From an uncultured Thermoleophilia bacterium (GTDB taxonomy: Bacteria; Actinomycetota; Thermoleophilia; UBA2241): a stretch of 64,000 nt of DNA. The stretch covers positions 243,679-307,678 of the forward strand of contig CAVQSP010000010.1 of assembly GCA_963715985.1 (NCBI GenBank), read 5' to 3'. Both the position numbers and the translations under genes were made by a program. The first letter of the stretch is position 1, and every line of letters starts with the position of its first letter. This document shows positions 43,937 through 54,689 of this stretch, piece by piece. The notes below the pieces were generated by a model that saw nothing but the letters and a program-made list of their open reading frames with translations, did not search any database and was not told the origin of the DNA.

Positions 43937-45204
43937 ATGGGGGGCATAGGCAGGACCGTTGGGCGGCGGCGCCTGAGAGGTGCGTGCATCGCCGCAGTCT
44001 GCGCTGCGGTCCTGCTCAGTCTCGCGGTCGCGGCTCCCGCTCTGGCGCGCAGCGGCCGCGTCGGCCCGGATCGCTCGCCGGCGTCCTGGGCGCCGGGCGA
44101 GACTGTCGCCCGGCTCATGGAGAGCGACCTGGGTCAGGCACGGCATCTGGGACGCTCAGCCGACGGGCGCGCTCACGTACACGATGACCGAGGTCGCCCC
44201 CGAGTTGACCATGACCGCGACCGACGCCGACGGTGCATCCGTCTGGTCGGTCGAGGCCGGCGACGTGTCGGCGGCCACGGGCACGCTGCCCGCCGCCTTC
44301 GTCGCCGTGTACACAGACCCCGACCCGAACGTCCTGCGCTCCGGGGAGCTGCGTGCCTACAACGCCGACGGCTCGGTACGCTTCCGCAAGACGTTCACGG
44401 ACAGGCTTCGTCGAGCCACTGTGCGACACGCCGACGCGCCTGGTCTGGGCTGAGGTGTCGGCCAAGCGAGTGACGCGAGTGTTCGTGCGGCAAGGCTCCA
44501 GGACGCGTTCCGTCGCGCTCCCGTACCGCCCGCCGAGGGCAAGCTTCGTCAACCCGGCCGCGTCGTCCGCCGGCGGCGCTCGCCTCGCGGTCGGCATCTA
44601 CATGCACAAGACCGACAGATGGCGCACTATGCTGTACTGGCTGCGTGTGGACGGCTCCGGCGCGCCCAGGATCGTCTCGGGTAAGGTCACCGACTGGCCG
44701 TACCTGGCGCTCAGCCCGGACGGCTCTCACGCCGCCGTGATGAGCTCCCGCAATGCGCCTGTGGCAAGCCCCAACCTCTGGGTGGAGTTCGGCAAGTTCG
44801 GAGGTCGGCTGCTTCCAGGAGACGGGGCCGCCGAGATCGGCGTGGCGAAGTGGCGCATCTTCGAGCAGGGTGGCTACTCCTATCAGGGTGACGCCGCCTC
44901 GTGGAGCACGACGTCGGTCTCGGTCGTCGACTGGGGCATGCAGTACATGTACCAGCGCGCGTGGGTGTGGGACGACGCCTCCAGCTCCATCTGGTTCCGC
45001 CACGACCCCGGCATCTTCTACCTGGCGGGAGTGGACAGTAGCGGTGGGCTCACGGTGATCAACGTCGACACGTGGGCGCTGGCGCGTGTGCCCGGGACCT
45101 ACGCCGACGCCGTGCCCATCGACGGCGGCACGATGGCGGTCATGACGACGGGCGGTGCGCTGAGCTTGATCGCCAACCCCGTGGTGGCGCCTCAGGACGA
45201 GTGA
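43937..45204 (+). CDS. Secreted hypothetical protein (beta-rich); frameshifted
   Basis: GGAGG RBS, signal peptide ending APALA, coding frames join across indels. Confidence 0.55.
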
Positions 45205-45253
45205 ACCGCAGGCGCTGAGCCGGCCGCGCCCGAGCCGGCGGCCGGCAGGTCGG

Positions 45254-45707
45254 CTACTCGAGCGGGCCGCCGAGCGTGGCGAAGCCCTCGCGCTCGGCGG
45301 CCTCGAGCAGCCGGCGATCGAAGGCGGCGAAGGCGACGTCGGCGGCAGGTTCTCCCGTCGCCCCGGCGCGCAGCCGATCGCGCAACGTGACGGCTGCTGC
45401 CAACTGCACGGCGTCCATGCCGCGCAGCCTGTGGACGAGAGCCAGCTGACCCGCGCGCCGTGCATCAACTGGAATCGTCACGGTGCGACGCCAGCGGTCG
45501 TCGATCTCGGCGACCCAAGCCCTGAGCCGAGCTTCGTCCGGTCCCTCCAGGCGATCGCGCCGACCCACAGCGGCGCAGGCCTCCGCGTAGGTGACGACAC
45601 TCGAAAAGGCCATGCGCTGCCGTGTCGAACCACGCGCGAGCGTCGGAGTCTCCGGACTCATCGACGACCAGCTTCACAAAGGCGCTCGTGTCCAGATACA
45701 CGATCAC
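45254..45707 (-). CDS. vapC: VapC PIN-domain toxin; frameshifted
   Basis: YLDTSAFVKL, LRGMDAVQLA, FDRRL. Confidence 0.85.
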
Positions 45708-46000
45708 GTCGGCTCAGTGTCCGGATCGTCCCAATACGGACCGCGGTCTTCCAGCACGATATCGGAGAGCATGCGTCCAGTGTTGATGGGAAGATCCTTG
45801 GGGATGACCATGTCCTCGCCACTCCACTCCGCCTCGCCGGCCTCGACCATCCGCCATATTGCCGCCCGGACGGGGTCCGGCGGCACGAGATCCGCCACTT
45901 CCCTGCCTCTGTAGGTGATGTGGAGGGTCTCCCCGCCCTCGACACGGCGCAGGAATTCGGCAAGATGCGCTTTGAGCTCAGTGATGCCCACGGAAGCCAT
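45704..46000 (-). CDS. Phd/YefM-family antitoxin
   Basis: VGITELKAHLAEFLRRVEGGE-ITYRG; GTGA overlap with vapC. Confidence 0.85.
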   Translation of the reverse strand: MASVGITELKAHLAEFLRRVEGGETLHITYRGREVADLVPPDPVRAAIWRMVEAGEAEWSGEDMVIPKDLPINTGRMLSDIVLEDRGPYWDDPDTEPT

Positions 46001-46128
46001 GGTACTCCCTTCGGGAGAGCCGAACCAGTCAGTCAAGCCAATGTAAACAGGTCAGCTCACGAACGCAAGACCAGTCTGTTTGACTGCATGGTTTGCATCG
46101 GCAAGGTACGGCGGGCGCATTCGTTCGG

Positions 46129-46157
46129 TTGACGCCCCGCCCTCGCTTTCTTAGACT
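46129..46157 (+). promoter_or_regulatory. tRNA-Ile promoter
   Basis: TTGACG-17nt-TAGACT. Confidence 0.75.
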
Positions 46158-46171
46158 CCAATACCCCTCGT

Positions 46172-46248
<77 letters not shown>

Positions 46249-46296
46249 GTGATTTGCAGGTACTTCTCCCGCTAGACCCTCCGCTCAGACCCCGTT

Positions 46297-46320
46297 CTGC
46301 AACCATTCTGCAACCCAAAT
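46297..46320 (+). repeat. Boundary repeat A1 (CTGCAACC x2, 11-bp phase)
   Basis: ctgcaacc-att-ctgcaacc-caaat. Confidence 0.8.
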
Positions 46321-46526
46321 GCCTGCGTTTGGCTGGCACGCAAAGGGACTCGCTGGGCCCAATTGGGAGCGCGAACGACAGCACGTGGGGCCCGCCTGCC
46401 CTCCAATGCAGGCTCCTCGCACTCCTGAATGCACGGGCTCCGCAGTAGAATCGCGAGAACAGCTCCGAGGGAGGGTCGGATGCGGTGCCGGGGGCCGGGA
46501 GTCATGAAGCTCAAAGGGCGACAGAG

Positions 46527-49500
46527 ATGATCGCCTGCCCATCCTGCGCTCGCGAAAGCCCCGCCGACTTCGCCTTCTGCCCGGGCTGCGGGACGAAGCT
46601 CGGCGCCGAGCCCCGGCCGTTCACCGACGAGCGCAAGGTCGTCACGACCCTGTGCTGCGACCTCGTCAGCTACACGGCCCACTCCGAGGCCGCGGACCAC
46701 GAACTGATCGACGAGCTTCTGCGCCGTTACAACGACCTCGCCCGCAGGCTTGTCGAGGGCCACGGCGGCGTCGTCGAGAAGTTCATCGGCGACGCCGTGC
46801 TGGCCGTCTTCGGCTTCCCCCACGCCCACGACGACGACGCCGAGCGGGCGGTGCGCTGCGCCCTGAAACTCACATCAGAGGCCGGCGAGCGCGCCTGGCC
46901 CGACGGCGACACCGTGCAGGTACGCATCGGCGTCAACAGCGGCGAGACCTACGTGCACACCGGCGTCGACCCCGCTTCGGGCGAGACCTTCCTCACCGGC
47001 GACGCGGTCAATACCGCGGCGCGTCTGCAGACGGCTGCCCCCATCGGCGCCGTCGTCGTCGGCGAGCTCACCCACTCGCTGACCTTCAAGGAGATCGCCT
47101 ACGAGGAGCTCCCGCCGGTCACCGTGAAGGGTAAGCGCGAACCGCTCGCCCTCTGGCGCGCCGTGGAGCCGAGGTCGCGCACCGGAACGCGCACGAGCGG
47201 CGCCACGGCGACGCCCTTCCTCGGCCGCGCCGCCGAGCTGCGCAGGCTCCAGCAGGCCTTCGAGGCCGCCTCCGCCGCCAACCAGGCTCAGTTCTTCCTC
47301 CTCGTCGGCGAGCCCGGCATCGGCAAGAGCCGCCTCGTGCTCGAGCTCGCCCGCGCCCTCGACGAGCGCCCCGAGCTCATCACCTGGCGCCAAGGAAGAT
47401 GCCTGCCCTACGGCGAGGGCGTCCGCTTCGCGGCCCTCGCCGACGTCCTCAAGGCGCACGCCGCCATCCTCGACTCCGACGACGTCGCAACGGTCGAGCA
47501 GAAGCTCGACGCGGTGCTCCCCGAGGGCGACGAGAGGCCCTGGCTGCGCCAGCGCCTGCGCCCCCTGCTCGGCCTCGAAGCAGTGCAAGCGTCCCGTGAG
47601 GAGAACTTCGCCGCCTGGACGCTCTTCTTCCGGCACATCGCCTCCTCCGGCCCCACGGTGCTCGTCTTCGAGGATCTGCACTGGGCCGACGAGGGCATGC
47701 TCGCCTTCGTCGAGCACCTCGCGTCAGAGAAGCTCGACGTCCCGCTGCTGATCGTCGGCACGGCGCGACCCGAGCTGCTCACGAAGCACCCGGACGCGTT
47801 GAAGCCGGCCGATGGTGTCGGCCGCCTCGTCCTGTCGCCGCTGCGTCGCAAAGACGCCGCCCGACTCGTGAGCTCCCTCCTCGACGAACGTCTTGCCGCC
47901 TCGGTCCGTGGCCCTGTCCTCGAACGCATCGGCGGCAACCCGCTCTACGCCGAGGAGTACGTGAGCCTGCTCCTCGACCGCGGTCTGCTGCTCAAGACCG
48001 AAGGCGTCCTCCAGCTCAGAGAAGGCGAGGAACTGCCCCTGCCCGACAGCGTGCAGGCCGTGCTCGCCGCGCGCCTCGACACACTGCCGCCCGAGCACAA
48101 GGCGCTGCTCTGCGACGCCGCCGTCTACGGCCAAAGCTTCTGGTGTGGCCGCGTGGCCGCCCTCGCCGGGTGCGGCCCGGAGGACGTGCGATCTGGCATG
48201 GCCTTCCTCGCCGAGCGTCAGCTGGTGCGCGTGGTCGTGTCGTCGTCCCTGGCCGGCGAGACCGAGTACTTGTTCTGGCACGCCCTGGCTCGCGACGTGG
48301 CCTACGCGGAGCTTCCGAAGCGCGCCCGGGCCGGCAAGCACCGCGCCGCCGCCGGTTGGCTCGAGGCCGGCGCCGGCGAGTGCGTCGAAGATCTTGCCGA
48401 GGTCGTCGCGCACCACTACGTCACAGCTCTCGAGCTCGCCGAGGCGCTCCGGGACACCGCGTTGCGCGGGTCGTTGGTCGAGCCTGCGGTGCGGACTCTT
48501 TCGCTGGCGGGCGATCGTGCGCTTCGGCTCGACGTCGCCGCCGCGGTGAACGCGCTTCGCAGGGCGCTTGAGCTGTCGCCCGAACCTGGCGTACCGCGTT
48601 CTCGCCTGATGATGTCTCTCGGCAAGGCTCTGTTCATCCATGGAGACGTCAGGGAATCCGCGGTGGTGCTGGAGACGGCGGCGCACGACTTCGAGGTCGA
48701 GGGTGAGCGGCGCCCGGCGGCTCAGTGCTGCTGCTGGCTCGCGAGTGCCCAATTCCTACAGTGCGATCCGCGTGAGGCGGCGACCGTCGCCCGCGCCGCC
48801 GAGCTTGTCGCCGATCAAGGTCCGTGCGCGGAGCGGGCAGAGGCGCTTGAGCTGCAGGCCCGGATAATGTGGGGTCACGGCGATCCGGAGGAAGGAGTTC
48901 GGCTGCTCGATGAGGCGGTGTCGATGTTCCAGGCTGTCGGCATAGAGGAGCCCATCAATGCTCTCGGGCGGCGCGGCGGCGCGCGGTGTGCGGCCGGCGA
49001 CCCGGGAGGTCGGGACGACTACATGAGGGCCCTGACCGCCGCGCAGTCTCTCGGCCTCGGGCTCGAGGTCACCCAGCTCTGGGTCAATTACCTCGAAGAC
49101 CTGCTGTGGATCGAAGGGCCGGAGGCCACGCTCTCGGCCAGTCGTGAGGTGTGCGGCTTCGCGCATAGTCGCGGAATCGAAGGTCATGCTCGAAATATCC
49201 ACACCATGACCGTCTTTTCGCTCGCCTGGGTTGGCCAGTGGAATCTTGCTTTGCGCGAAGCGGCGTCGATGTTGGCTCTCGAAGAACTCGGGGAGGATCG
49301 CTGGGACGTGGCACAGCTCCGGAGCACTCAGGTCTTGGTGAGGACCTGGCGTGGCGCACGCACGGACGGCGAGGTCGCCGCTCTGCTCGGCCTCGTCGAG
49401 ACGGCGGCCGCAGAATCGGTGCCGCCGTATATCGCTTCTCGCTGCCTTTTGCCGGCGGCAGTGGCGATGTGCCGCGACGATGTGGCCGCCGCGGCACGGC

Positions 49501-49946
49501 TGGTCGAGAAGTGGGCCGCGCTGCCTCCTGCGGGAGGGAACTCCGGCTACTCCGGGGTGTTCGTGCCCGGCGCGGCGCGCGTGGCGCGGGCGGCGGGCCG
49601 TAGCAGACTGATTATGCGCCTCGCAGGCACGATCCGCACCGAACTGCCCCTCGATCAGCACGCCCGCGTGACCGTCCAGGCGCTTCACCATGAGACCAGC
49701 GGCGAGCACGAGGCGGCGGCGGCCGGCTTCGCCGCCGCCGCCGCCCGTTGGCACGACTTCGGCGTGCCCTACGAAGAGGGGCACGCCCTGCTGGGCCAGG
49801 GGCGCTGCCTGATGGCGCTCGGCAGAACGCCCGAGGCGGCAGCGCCGCTGAGCGCGGCCCGGGAGATCTTCGCTCGACTCGGTGCGAAGCCTGCGCTGAT
49901 AGAGGTCGACCGACTTCTCGACGACGTCAGCGCTGCACCTTGCTAA
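46527..49946 (+). CDS. Zn-ribbon - class III adenylate/guanylate cyclase - STAND (AAA) ATPase - TPR-like protein
   Basis: CPSC/CPGC, EKFIGDAV, GDAVNTAARL, GEPGIGKS, FEDLHWAD, GGNPLY. Confidence 0.9.
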   Translation: MIACPSCARESPADFAFCPGCGTKLGAEPRPFTDERKVVTTLCCDLVSYTAHSEAADHELIDELLRRYNDLARRLVEGHGGVVEKFIGDAVLAVFGFPHAHDDDAERAVRCALKLTSEAGERAWPDGDTVQVRIGVNSGETYVHTGVDPASGETFLTGDAVNTAARLQTAAPIGAVVVGELTHSLTFKEIAYEELPPVTVKGKREPLALWRAVEPRSRTGTRTSGATATPFLGRAAELRRLQQAFEAASAANQAQFFLLVGEPGIGKSRLVLELARALDERPELITWRQGRCLPYGEGVRFAALADVLKAHAAILDSDDVATVEQKLDAVLPEGDERPWLRQRLRPLLGLEAVQASREENFAAWTLFFRHIASSGPTVLVFEDLHWADEGMLAFVEHLASEKLDVPLLIVGTARPELLTKHPDALKPADGVGRLVLSPLRRKDAARLVSSLLDERLAASVRGPVLERIGGNPLYAEEYVSLLLDRGLLLKTEGVLQLREGEELPLPDSVQAVLAARLDTLPPEHKALLCDAAVYGQSFWCGRVAALAGCGPEDVRSGMAFLAERQLVRVVVSSSLAGETEYLFWHALARDVAYAELPKRARAGKHRAAAGWLEAGAGECVEDLAEVVAHHYVTALELAEALRDTALRGSLVEPAVRTLSLAGDRALRLDVAAAVNALRRALELSPEPGVPRSRLMMSLGKALFIHGDVRESAVVLETAAHDFEVEGERRPAAQCCCWLASAQFLQCDPREAATVARAAELVADQGPCAERAEALELQARIMWGHGDPEEGVRLLDEAVSMFQAVGIEEPINALGRRGGARCAAGDPGGRDDYMRALTAAQSLGLGLEVTQLWVNYLEDLLWIEGPEATLSASREVCGFAHSRGIEGHARNIHTMTVFSLAWVGQWNLALREAASMLALEELGEDRWDVAQLRSTQVLVRTWRGARTDGEVAALLGLVETAAAESVPPYIASRCLLPAAVAMCRDDVAAAARLVEKWAALPPAGGNSGYSGVFVPGAARVARAAGRSRLIMRLAGTIRTELPLDQHARVTVQALHHETSGEHEAAAAGFAAAAARWHDFGVPYEEGHALLGQGRCLMALGRTPEAAAPLSAAREIFARLGAKPALIEVDRLLDDVSAAPC

Positions 49947-50012
49947 CTGCTGCCGGCTGCGTCTGCTTCGTCTTCTGCGTCTTCGGCCCCGCCGCTGAGC
50001 CCTCGTCATCGT

Positions 50013-50161
50013 CGCTCATGTGATCGCGTCCGCGTACAAGTATGAGTCGTGGCACCCTGAGCGTGTTCCGGGCCTTCCGCCGGGGGTCTCGGCCTCGGCC
50101 GTGATCAGCTGACACACTCGACAGAAGCGACGATTCCCGCCGATCAGTCGGTTCTGTCGAT
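50013..50161. repeat. Boundary repeat B1 ending in imperfect hairpin
   Basis: Colinear with 56914-57062; cgacagaagcgac-gat...atc-a-gtcggttctgtcg. Confidence 0.75.
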
Positions 50162-50367
50162 TCTGGCGCTCATCCCGCCAGTGCCGCCCGTAGCCCCGTG
50201 TCGATCTTCTCCGCGGCCTCCCACGTCTCCGCCTCGCGCCGCACGCGGCCACCAGGCGCGCCTTTGCCTCGGCCGGCCATCGGCGTCCAACGGCCACGAC
50301 GAAGAAACGCCCCCCTCGCTCGGTCTGTAGGGATGGAGAGACATCTCCAGCCACACGGGGAGGGGAC

Positions 50368-51429
50368 ATGGACGCCACGCAGCCCACTCAACGGCGTTCC
50401 GCCACAGCCACCTGGACGCTAGCGTTCGTCGTCCTGCTGCTCTGCGCGAGCGCGGTCGTGAGCGCCTGTGGCGCTGCCGGCACGACGACGTCGAACTCAT
50501 CGTCGCCCTCGCCCGGCGAGGTGGCCGCCTCGGTGGCGGCGTCGCCGAGCACGACTCCTCTGCCGAGGGGCGCCGGCCGCGGCACCATCGCCTTCACCAA
50601 GGCCCTCTGGTCCCGCGAGGACTCGGCTGTCCCCCCGTTCGACATCTACGTCGTGCGCAGCGACGGCAGCGGGCTCCGGCGCTTGGCCGCGGGCGCGAGG
50701 GGACCGGCCTGGTCGCCGGACGGCAGCCAGATCGCCTACACCTCGCTCTCCGCCCGCGGCGGCGTCTGGGTCATGAACGCGGACGGCTCCGGCAAGCGGC
50801 GCGTGACGCCCGCCCCGGGCGGGGCGGAGTCGGTCGCGTGGTCCCCCGACGGAAGGCAGATCCTCTTCAGCAGCACCAGCTTCGGCGGCGCCGCCGCCTT
50901 GGGCGGCGCCGACACCCTGGTCGTGGTGGACAGCGACGGCAGCGGCCTCGAGTCCGTGTTCGCAGACACTTCCCGCGGTTCCGGAGTGACGGGCTACCCT
51001 CTCGCCTGGACGCCGGACGGGAGGATCTTCTTCGGCAGGAGGAGCGGGAGCCTGGGCGAGATCTGCTCGCTCGATCGCGGCGGCCGCGGGCTCACCGTCG
51101 TCACGGCCACCCAGGTCCCGCCGAGCTTCTCGCTCTCACGGGACGGCAAGTGGCTCGCGATCTGGGATGGGGACGCAGACCGCCTGCTGCGCATGGCGGC
51201 CAGCGGCCGGGGGCTGGCGGTCGTGCTCGTCGAGGAGGTGTCGCAGTACGAGGGTGGGGGCGGCCTGTCGTCCTGGTCACCGCACGGCGGCCAGCTCGTG
51301 TTCGGCAGGGACTCACGGGGGTCGCTGGCGCCCGGGTCTGTCCTCCACGTCGCCAAGGCCGACGGCTCGGAGGTGTGGGAGGTGCCGAACACGGAGGATG
51401 CCTACGATCCGGCTTGGCGGCCGGAGTAG
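50368..51429 (+). CDS. TolB-like PD40 beta-propeller lipoprotein
   Basis: Lipobox VSAC; repeated WSPDG; ends PAWRP. Confidence 0.8.
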   Translation: MDATQPTQRRSATATWTLAFVVLLLCASAVVSACGAAGTTTSNSSSPSPGEVAASVAASPSTTPLPRGAGRGTIAFTKALWSREDSAVPPFDIYVVRSDGSGLRRLAAGARGPAWSPDGSQIAYTSLSARGGVWVMNADGSGKRRVTPAPGGAESVAWSPDGRQILFSSTSFGGAAALGGADTLVVVDSDGSGLESVFADTSRGSGVTGYPLAWTPDGRIFFGRRSGSLGEICSLDRGGRGLTVVTATQVPPSFSLSRDGKWLAIWDGDADRLLRMAASGRGLAVVLVEEVSQYEGGGGLSSWSPHGGQLVFGRDSRGSLAPGSVLHVAKADGSEVWEVPNTEDAYDPAWRPE

Positions 51430-51490
51430 GACCTGTAGCCAGCAGGACGGCCTGAAAGTAGACGTAGACCGGCTCCGGGGGATAGGCCGC

Positions 51491-51533
51491 GGCACGGCGG
51501 AGGTCAGGGGTTCGACTCCCCTGCGGTCCACCA
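51491..51533 (+). pseudogene. 3' half of tRNA-Ala (att-like remnant)
   Basis: ggcac-ggcgg-aggtc-agggg-ttcgact-cccct-gcggtcc-acca; U70 pairs with G3 of the 5' halves. Confidence 0.88.
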
Positions 51534-51566
51534 CGACTTTCAGGTAGATCGTGTACCGCGATTCTT

Positions 51567-51621
51567 CCGCGAGACCCTCGAAACGGCCGTCTGCAACCCC
51601 CCTGCAACCCAAATCCGTGCG
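51567..51621 (+). repeat. Boundary repeat A2
   Basis: ccgcgagaccc..gaaacgg..ctgcaacc-ccc-ctgcaacc-caaatccgtgcg. Confidence 0.8.
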
Positions 51622-52854
51622 CCTCGATGGGAGCGGACGGGGCTCGCCAGCACCCAACGGGACTACTTCCCCCTTGGACGGGCACCGCCCAAGGATACGG
51701 GACTCCTGACAAGTGCAGCGCCATGCACGGTAGGCTGTCATCCGTCGAACCCAGCACTGTGGTCACCACACAGCGTCGGGGGGCCACTGGTGAGACCGAC
51801 GCGCGGGCTGGTCTGCGTGCTTCTTGGGGTCGTGCGCTGCTGGAGCCAAGGGGCCACGACGCAGGAGGGGTCGCGATGAAACGACATGGGTTCAAGCCCT
51901 GGCTGCTGGTGTCGGTCGTCGTGCTTGTCTTCGGGCTGGGCGGTCTCGTTGCCGGGTGTGGCGGCACAAACGCGACGACCACCGCCACGGCCACCCGGAC
52001 GCCGCTCGAGATCAGGGTCTCCCCAAACGTCCGCTACATGACAGAGAGGGAGGGAGACAATCGCCCCCTGCTCGATGTGTGCGCCCCGGAGCAGGTGGGT
52101 CCCTGGCCCCTGGTCGTGATGCTCCACGGCGGCTCGCTGAACAAGGAGTCGTTGAGAGACTGGGCGTACATGGCGGCAGGACGGGGCGCCGTGGTGTTAG
52201 TGCCCGACTGGCCCCGCTTCCACGGCACCATGGAGGAGGGCTTCACCCTTGCGCAGCTGCGGGCGGCGCTCGTCGGGCAGATCGGCGACGTCGCTGCCGC
52301 CGTCCGTTTCGCCCGCGGTACCGCCGCGCGCTATGGCGGGGACCCCGGACACCTGACCCTCTTCGGCCATTCATACGGGGCCATGGCGGCGGCGATGGAA
52401 GCCTTCAGCGCGGCTCCCGCATCCGAGGGTGGCCTCAAGGGCGCCGGCTCGACGATCCCGGAGTCGCTCGTGGTCTTCGACGGCGACTACCTGCTCGCAC
52501 AACAGGACCCCTGGGACGCTGAACTGAAGGAAGACCCCGGCATCATGCAGGTCTACACGCCGTGGCAGCACCTCGGGCGGCGGGTGGACTTCCCTATCAC
52601 CGTCATCGGAGCGGGCGATCCCAGCTTGAGCCGGCGGCTCGGCGACCCGTGGGCGAAGGACTCCTGGTTCGTCGTGCGCGACCCATCCGGGGAGATCCGG
52701 CGAGGCCTGCAGGAGCTCGGGGCTTTCGACAAAGACGTCTACCACACCCGCTATCTCAACGAGGATCTGCTTGAGCTGTTTGCGCAGCGACTGCGGGCGG
52801 ACGGCGACACGGTGAACTACGTCAGACTCACCGACTCATCCCACGTCCTACTAG

Positions 52855-54509
52855 CCTCGATCTTTCACGAGTGCTCTCTGGTTCTCCTTCGCAGGCCTTT
52901 GCTGGCCCCGTCACACGCTGACGCCCGCCTGCAGGCATCGCCGCGGACGTGGCCGAGGCCTGGCAGCGCCGGCGCGGGTCCTCGGCACCGGGTGCGGCCC
53001 GTTTGAAGGCATGCTGCGGCCGGCCGTGGCACGCCTTGCGTCTGCTCCGGCGGCCGACCAGACGTCAACCTTAGGGCAAGGCCTGCAGGCGCCTGAAGGC
53101 GGCGACCACCTCCTTCGCCCAGGGCCAGCGGCGCGGCAGGCGCAGGCGCACGCCGCGAGCGTGCCGCACGATCCGGCCGGCGACGTGCAGGAGGCGATAG
53201 CGCAGGCGCTTAGGCTCGCAGGCGGCGAGCTCCGTGCCGGCAAGCAGCAGCCTCCGTGCCCAGGCCAGCAGGTCGCAGCCGCAGAGCACGAGCTCGAGCC
53301 AGGCCGCGTTCAGGGCGTAGGCGTGGAAGGGCAGGTTGCGCAGGCCTGAGGCCTTGGCGCAGCGGATCGCGTCCTCGATCGCGGCGCGCTGCCGGTGCAG
53401 CTGCTCGAGGCGCGCGATGCGCTTGCCCTGCTGGTTCGTGAGCATGACCTGGAAGCGGTGGCCGTCGGCGTCAGAGAAGCTGAGCTGCGCGCCCGGATGG
53501 GGGCGCTCACGGCGGCAGAGCGCGCGCGTGCCCGGCGGCCAGCCCGGCAGGGGCAGGGGCAGCTCGGCCACCCAGGCACCGTCGCGCTCTGCTCCCTCGG
53601 CGTCCAGGGCCGGCAGCCAGGCGCTCTCGGGCACGGCCAGGCACGCGGCGCGCACGCGCTCCGTGAGGTCGTAGCCCACCGAGAAGGCGAGCCCGCGGGC
53701 GGCGACCGCCTCGAGGAAGTCGTGCGTGGCGCCGCCCGAGTCGCAGCGCACCAGGGTGCCGCGGCCGAGCGAGTCGGCGGGCAGCTGGGCGAGCGCCGCC
53801 TCGAGCACGGCGATGTGGTCGTCGGCGGTGTTGGCGCCGGCGTTCCCCGGGCGCAGCACGCCGGCCAGCGCCTCGCCCGTGGTCGCCTCGAAGCAGAGCA
53901 GCGGGTGGAAGCCGAAGCCGCCCTTGTAGGTGCCGGCGGCGCCCTCCTTCTCGGAGTGGGCCGTGACGAGCGTCGCATCGATGTCGAGGACGAGGCGCCG
54001 GGGCATCTCGCCGAGGCCCCAGGCGCGCGCCCGGGCCGCGGCGCGCGCTTCGCGGACAGCGGTGAGCTGCTCCGCCCCGAGACGCTCAAGGCAGCGGTAC
54101 GCCGTGGCCTCGGAGGCGACCGCGCCGAAGAGCACCTCTTGGTCTCTGAGCGCGCCCAGGTCGCTGAGGCAGTCGCCGCCGTCGGCGAGCATGACGGCCA
54201 GGTCGCGCACCACGCGTCCGGGCTCGTGGCGCACCTTGCGTGAGTGGACGCGCAGGGCCTCGCTGAGCGCGCTCGTCAGGCCCAGCGCGTCGGCCAGGCC
54301 GGAGAGCAGCGCGGTGCCGGAGCGCGAGGTGAGGCCGCCGGCGTCGCAGGCCACTTCAATCCGGGAAAGCGGCGTGGTAGCGTGCACCTGCACGGTGATC
54401 CTCCTGGGCGCGGTCCTGCGGGTCTAGTCAACACGCATTATCGCTGCTCAGGAGGATCTTTAACAGGGCGACTCAGCGAAACCTCCGGGGTCTTCGTGAA
54501 GTATCGAGG
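52855..54509 (-). mobile_element. IS1380-family insertion sequence
   Basis: 16-bp IRs cctcgatctttcacga / tcgtgaagtatcgagg; CTAG target duplication. Confidence 0.92.
53071..54393 (-). CDS. IS1380 transposase
   Basis: LTSRSG, LDIDAT, GFHPL, LRPGNAG, RCDSG, RAAIEDAIR. Confidence 0.92.
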   Translation of the reverse strand: MQVHATTPLSRIEVACDAGGLTSRSGTALLSGLADALGLTSALSEALRVHSRKVRHEPGRVVRDLAVMLADGGDCLSDLGALRDQEVLFGAVASEATAYRCLERLGAEQLTAVREARAAARARAWGLGEMPRRLVLDIDATLVTAHSEKEGAAGTYKGGFGFHPLLCFEATTGEALAGVLRPGNAGANTADDHIAVLEAALAQLPADSLGRGTLVRCDSGGATHDFLEAVAARGLAFSVGYDLTERVRAACLAVPESAWLPALDAEGAERDGAWVAELPLPLPGWPPGTRALCRRERPHPGAQLSFSDADGHRFQVMLTNQQGKRIARLEQLHRQRAAIEDAIRCAKASGLRNLPFHAYALNAAWLELVLCGCDLLAWARRLLLAGTELAACEPKRLRYRLLHVAGRIVRHARGVRLRLPRRWPWAKEVVAAFRRLQALP

Positions 54510-54689
54510 CTAGGCTGCGAGGGCGAGGTGAGCCTGCTTGACGCGCTCGTACCGGACACGCAGCCATGAGGCCACCGTTGCGTCTATGGAGGCGCTGATC
54601 TGCCGGCGGCACGCTAGCGGCCACCACACACCGGCGGGGAGCCACTGATGGGAGCGGCCCTCTCGGGAGCCGGGGGGAAGGGGCAGGCC

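Larger units (their letters stand above)
51876..54569 (+). pseudogene. Alpha/beta hydrolase lipoprotein interrupted by IS1380
   Basis: VAGC lipobox, HGG, GHSYG; frame resumes after the IS as GCEGEVSLLDALVPDTQP*. Confidence 0.8.
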
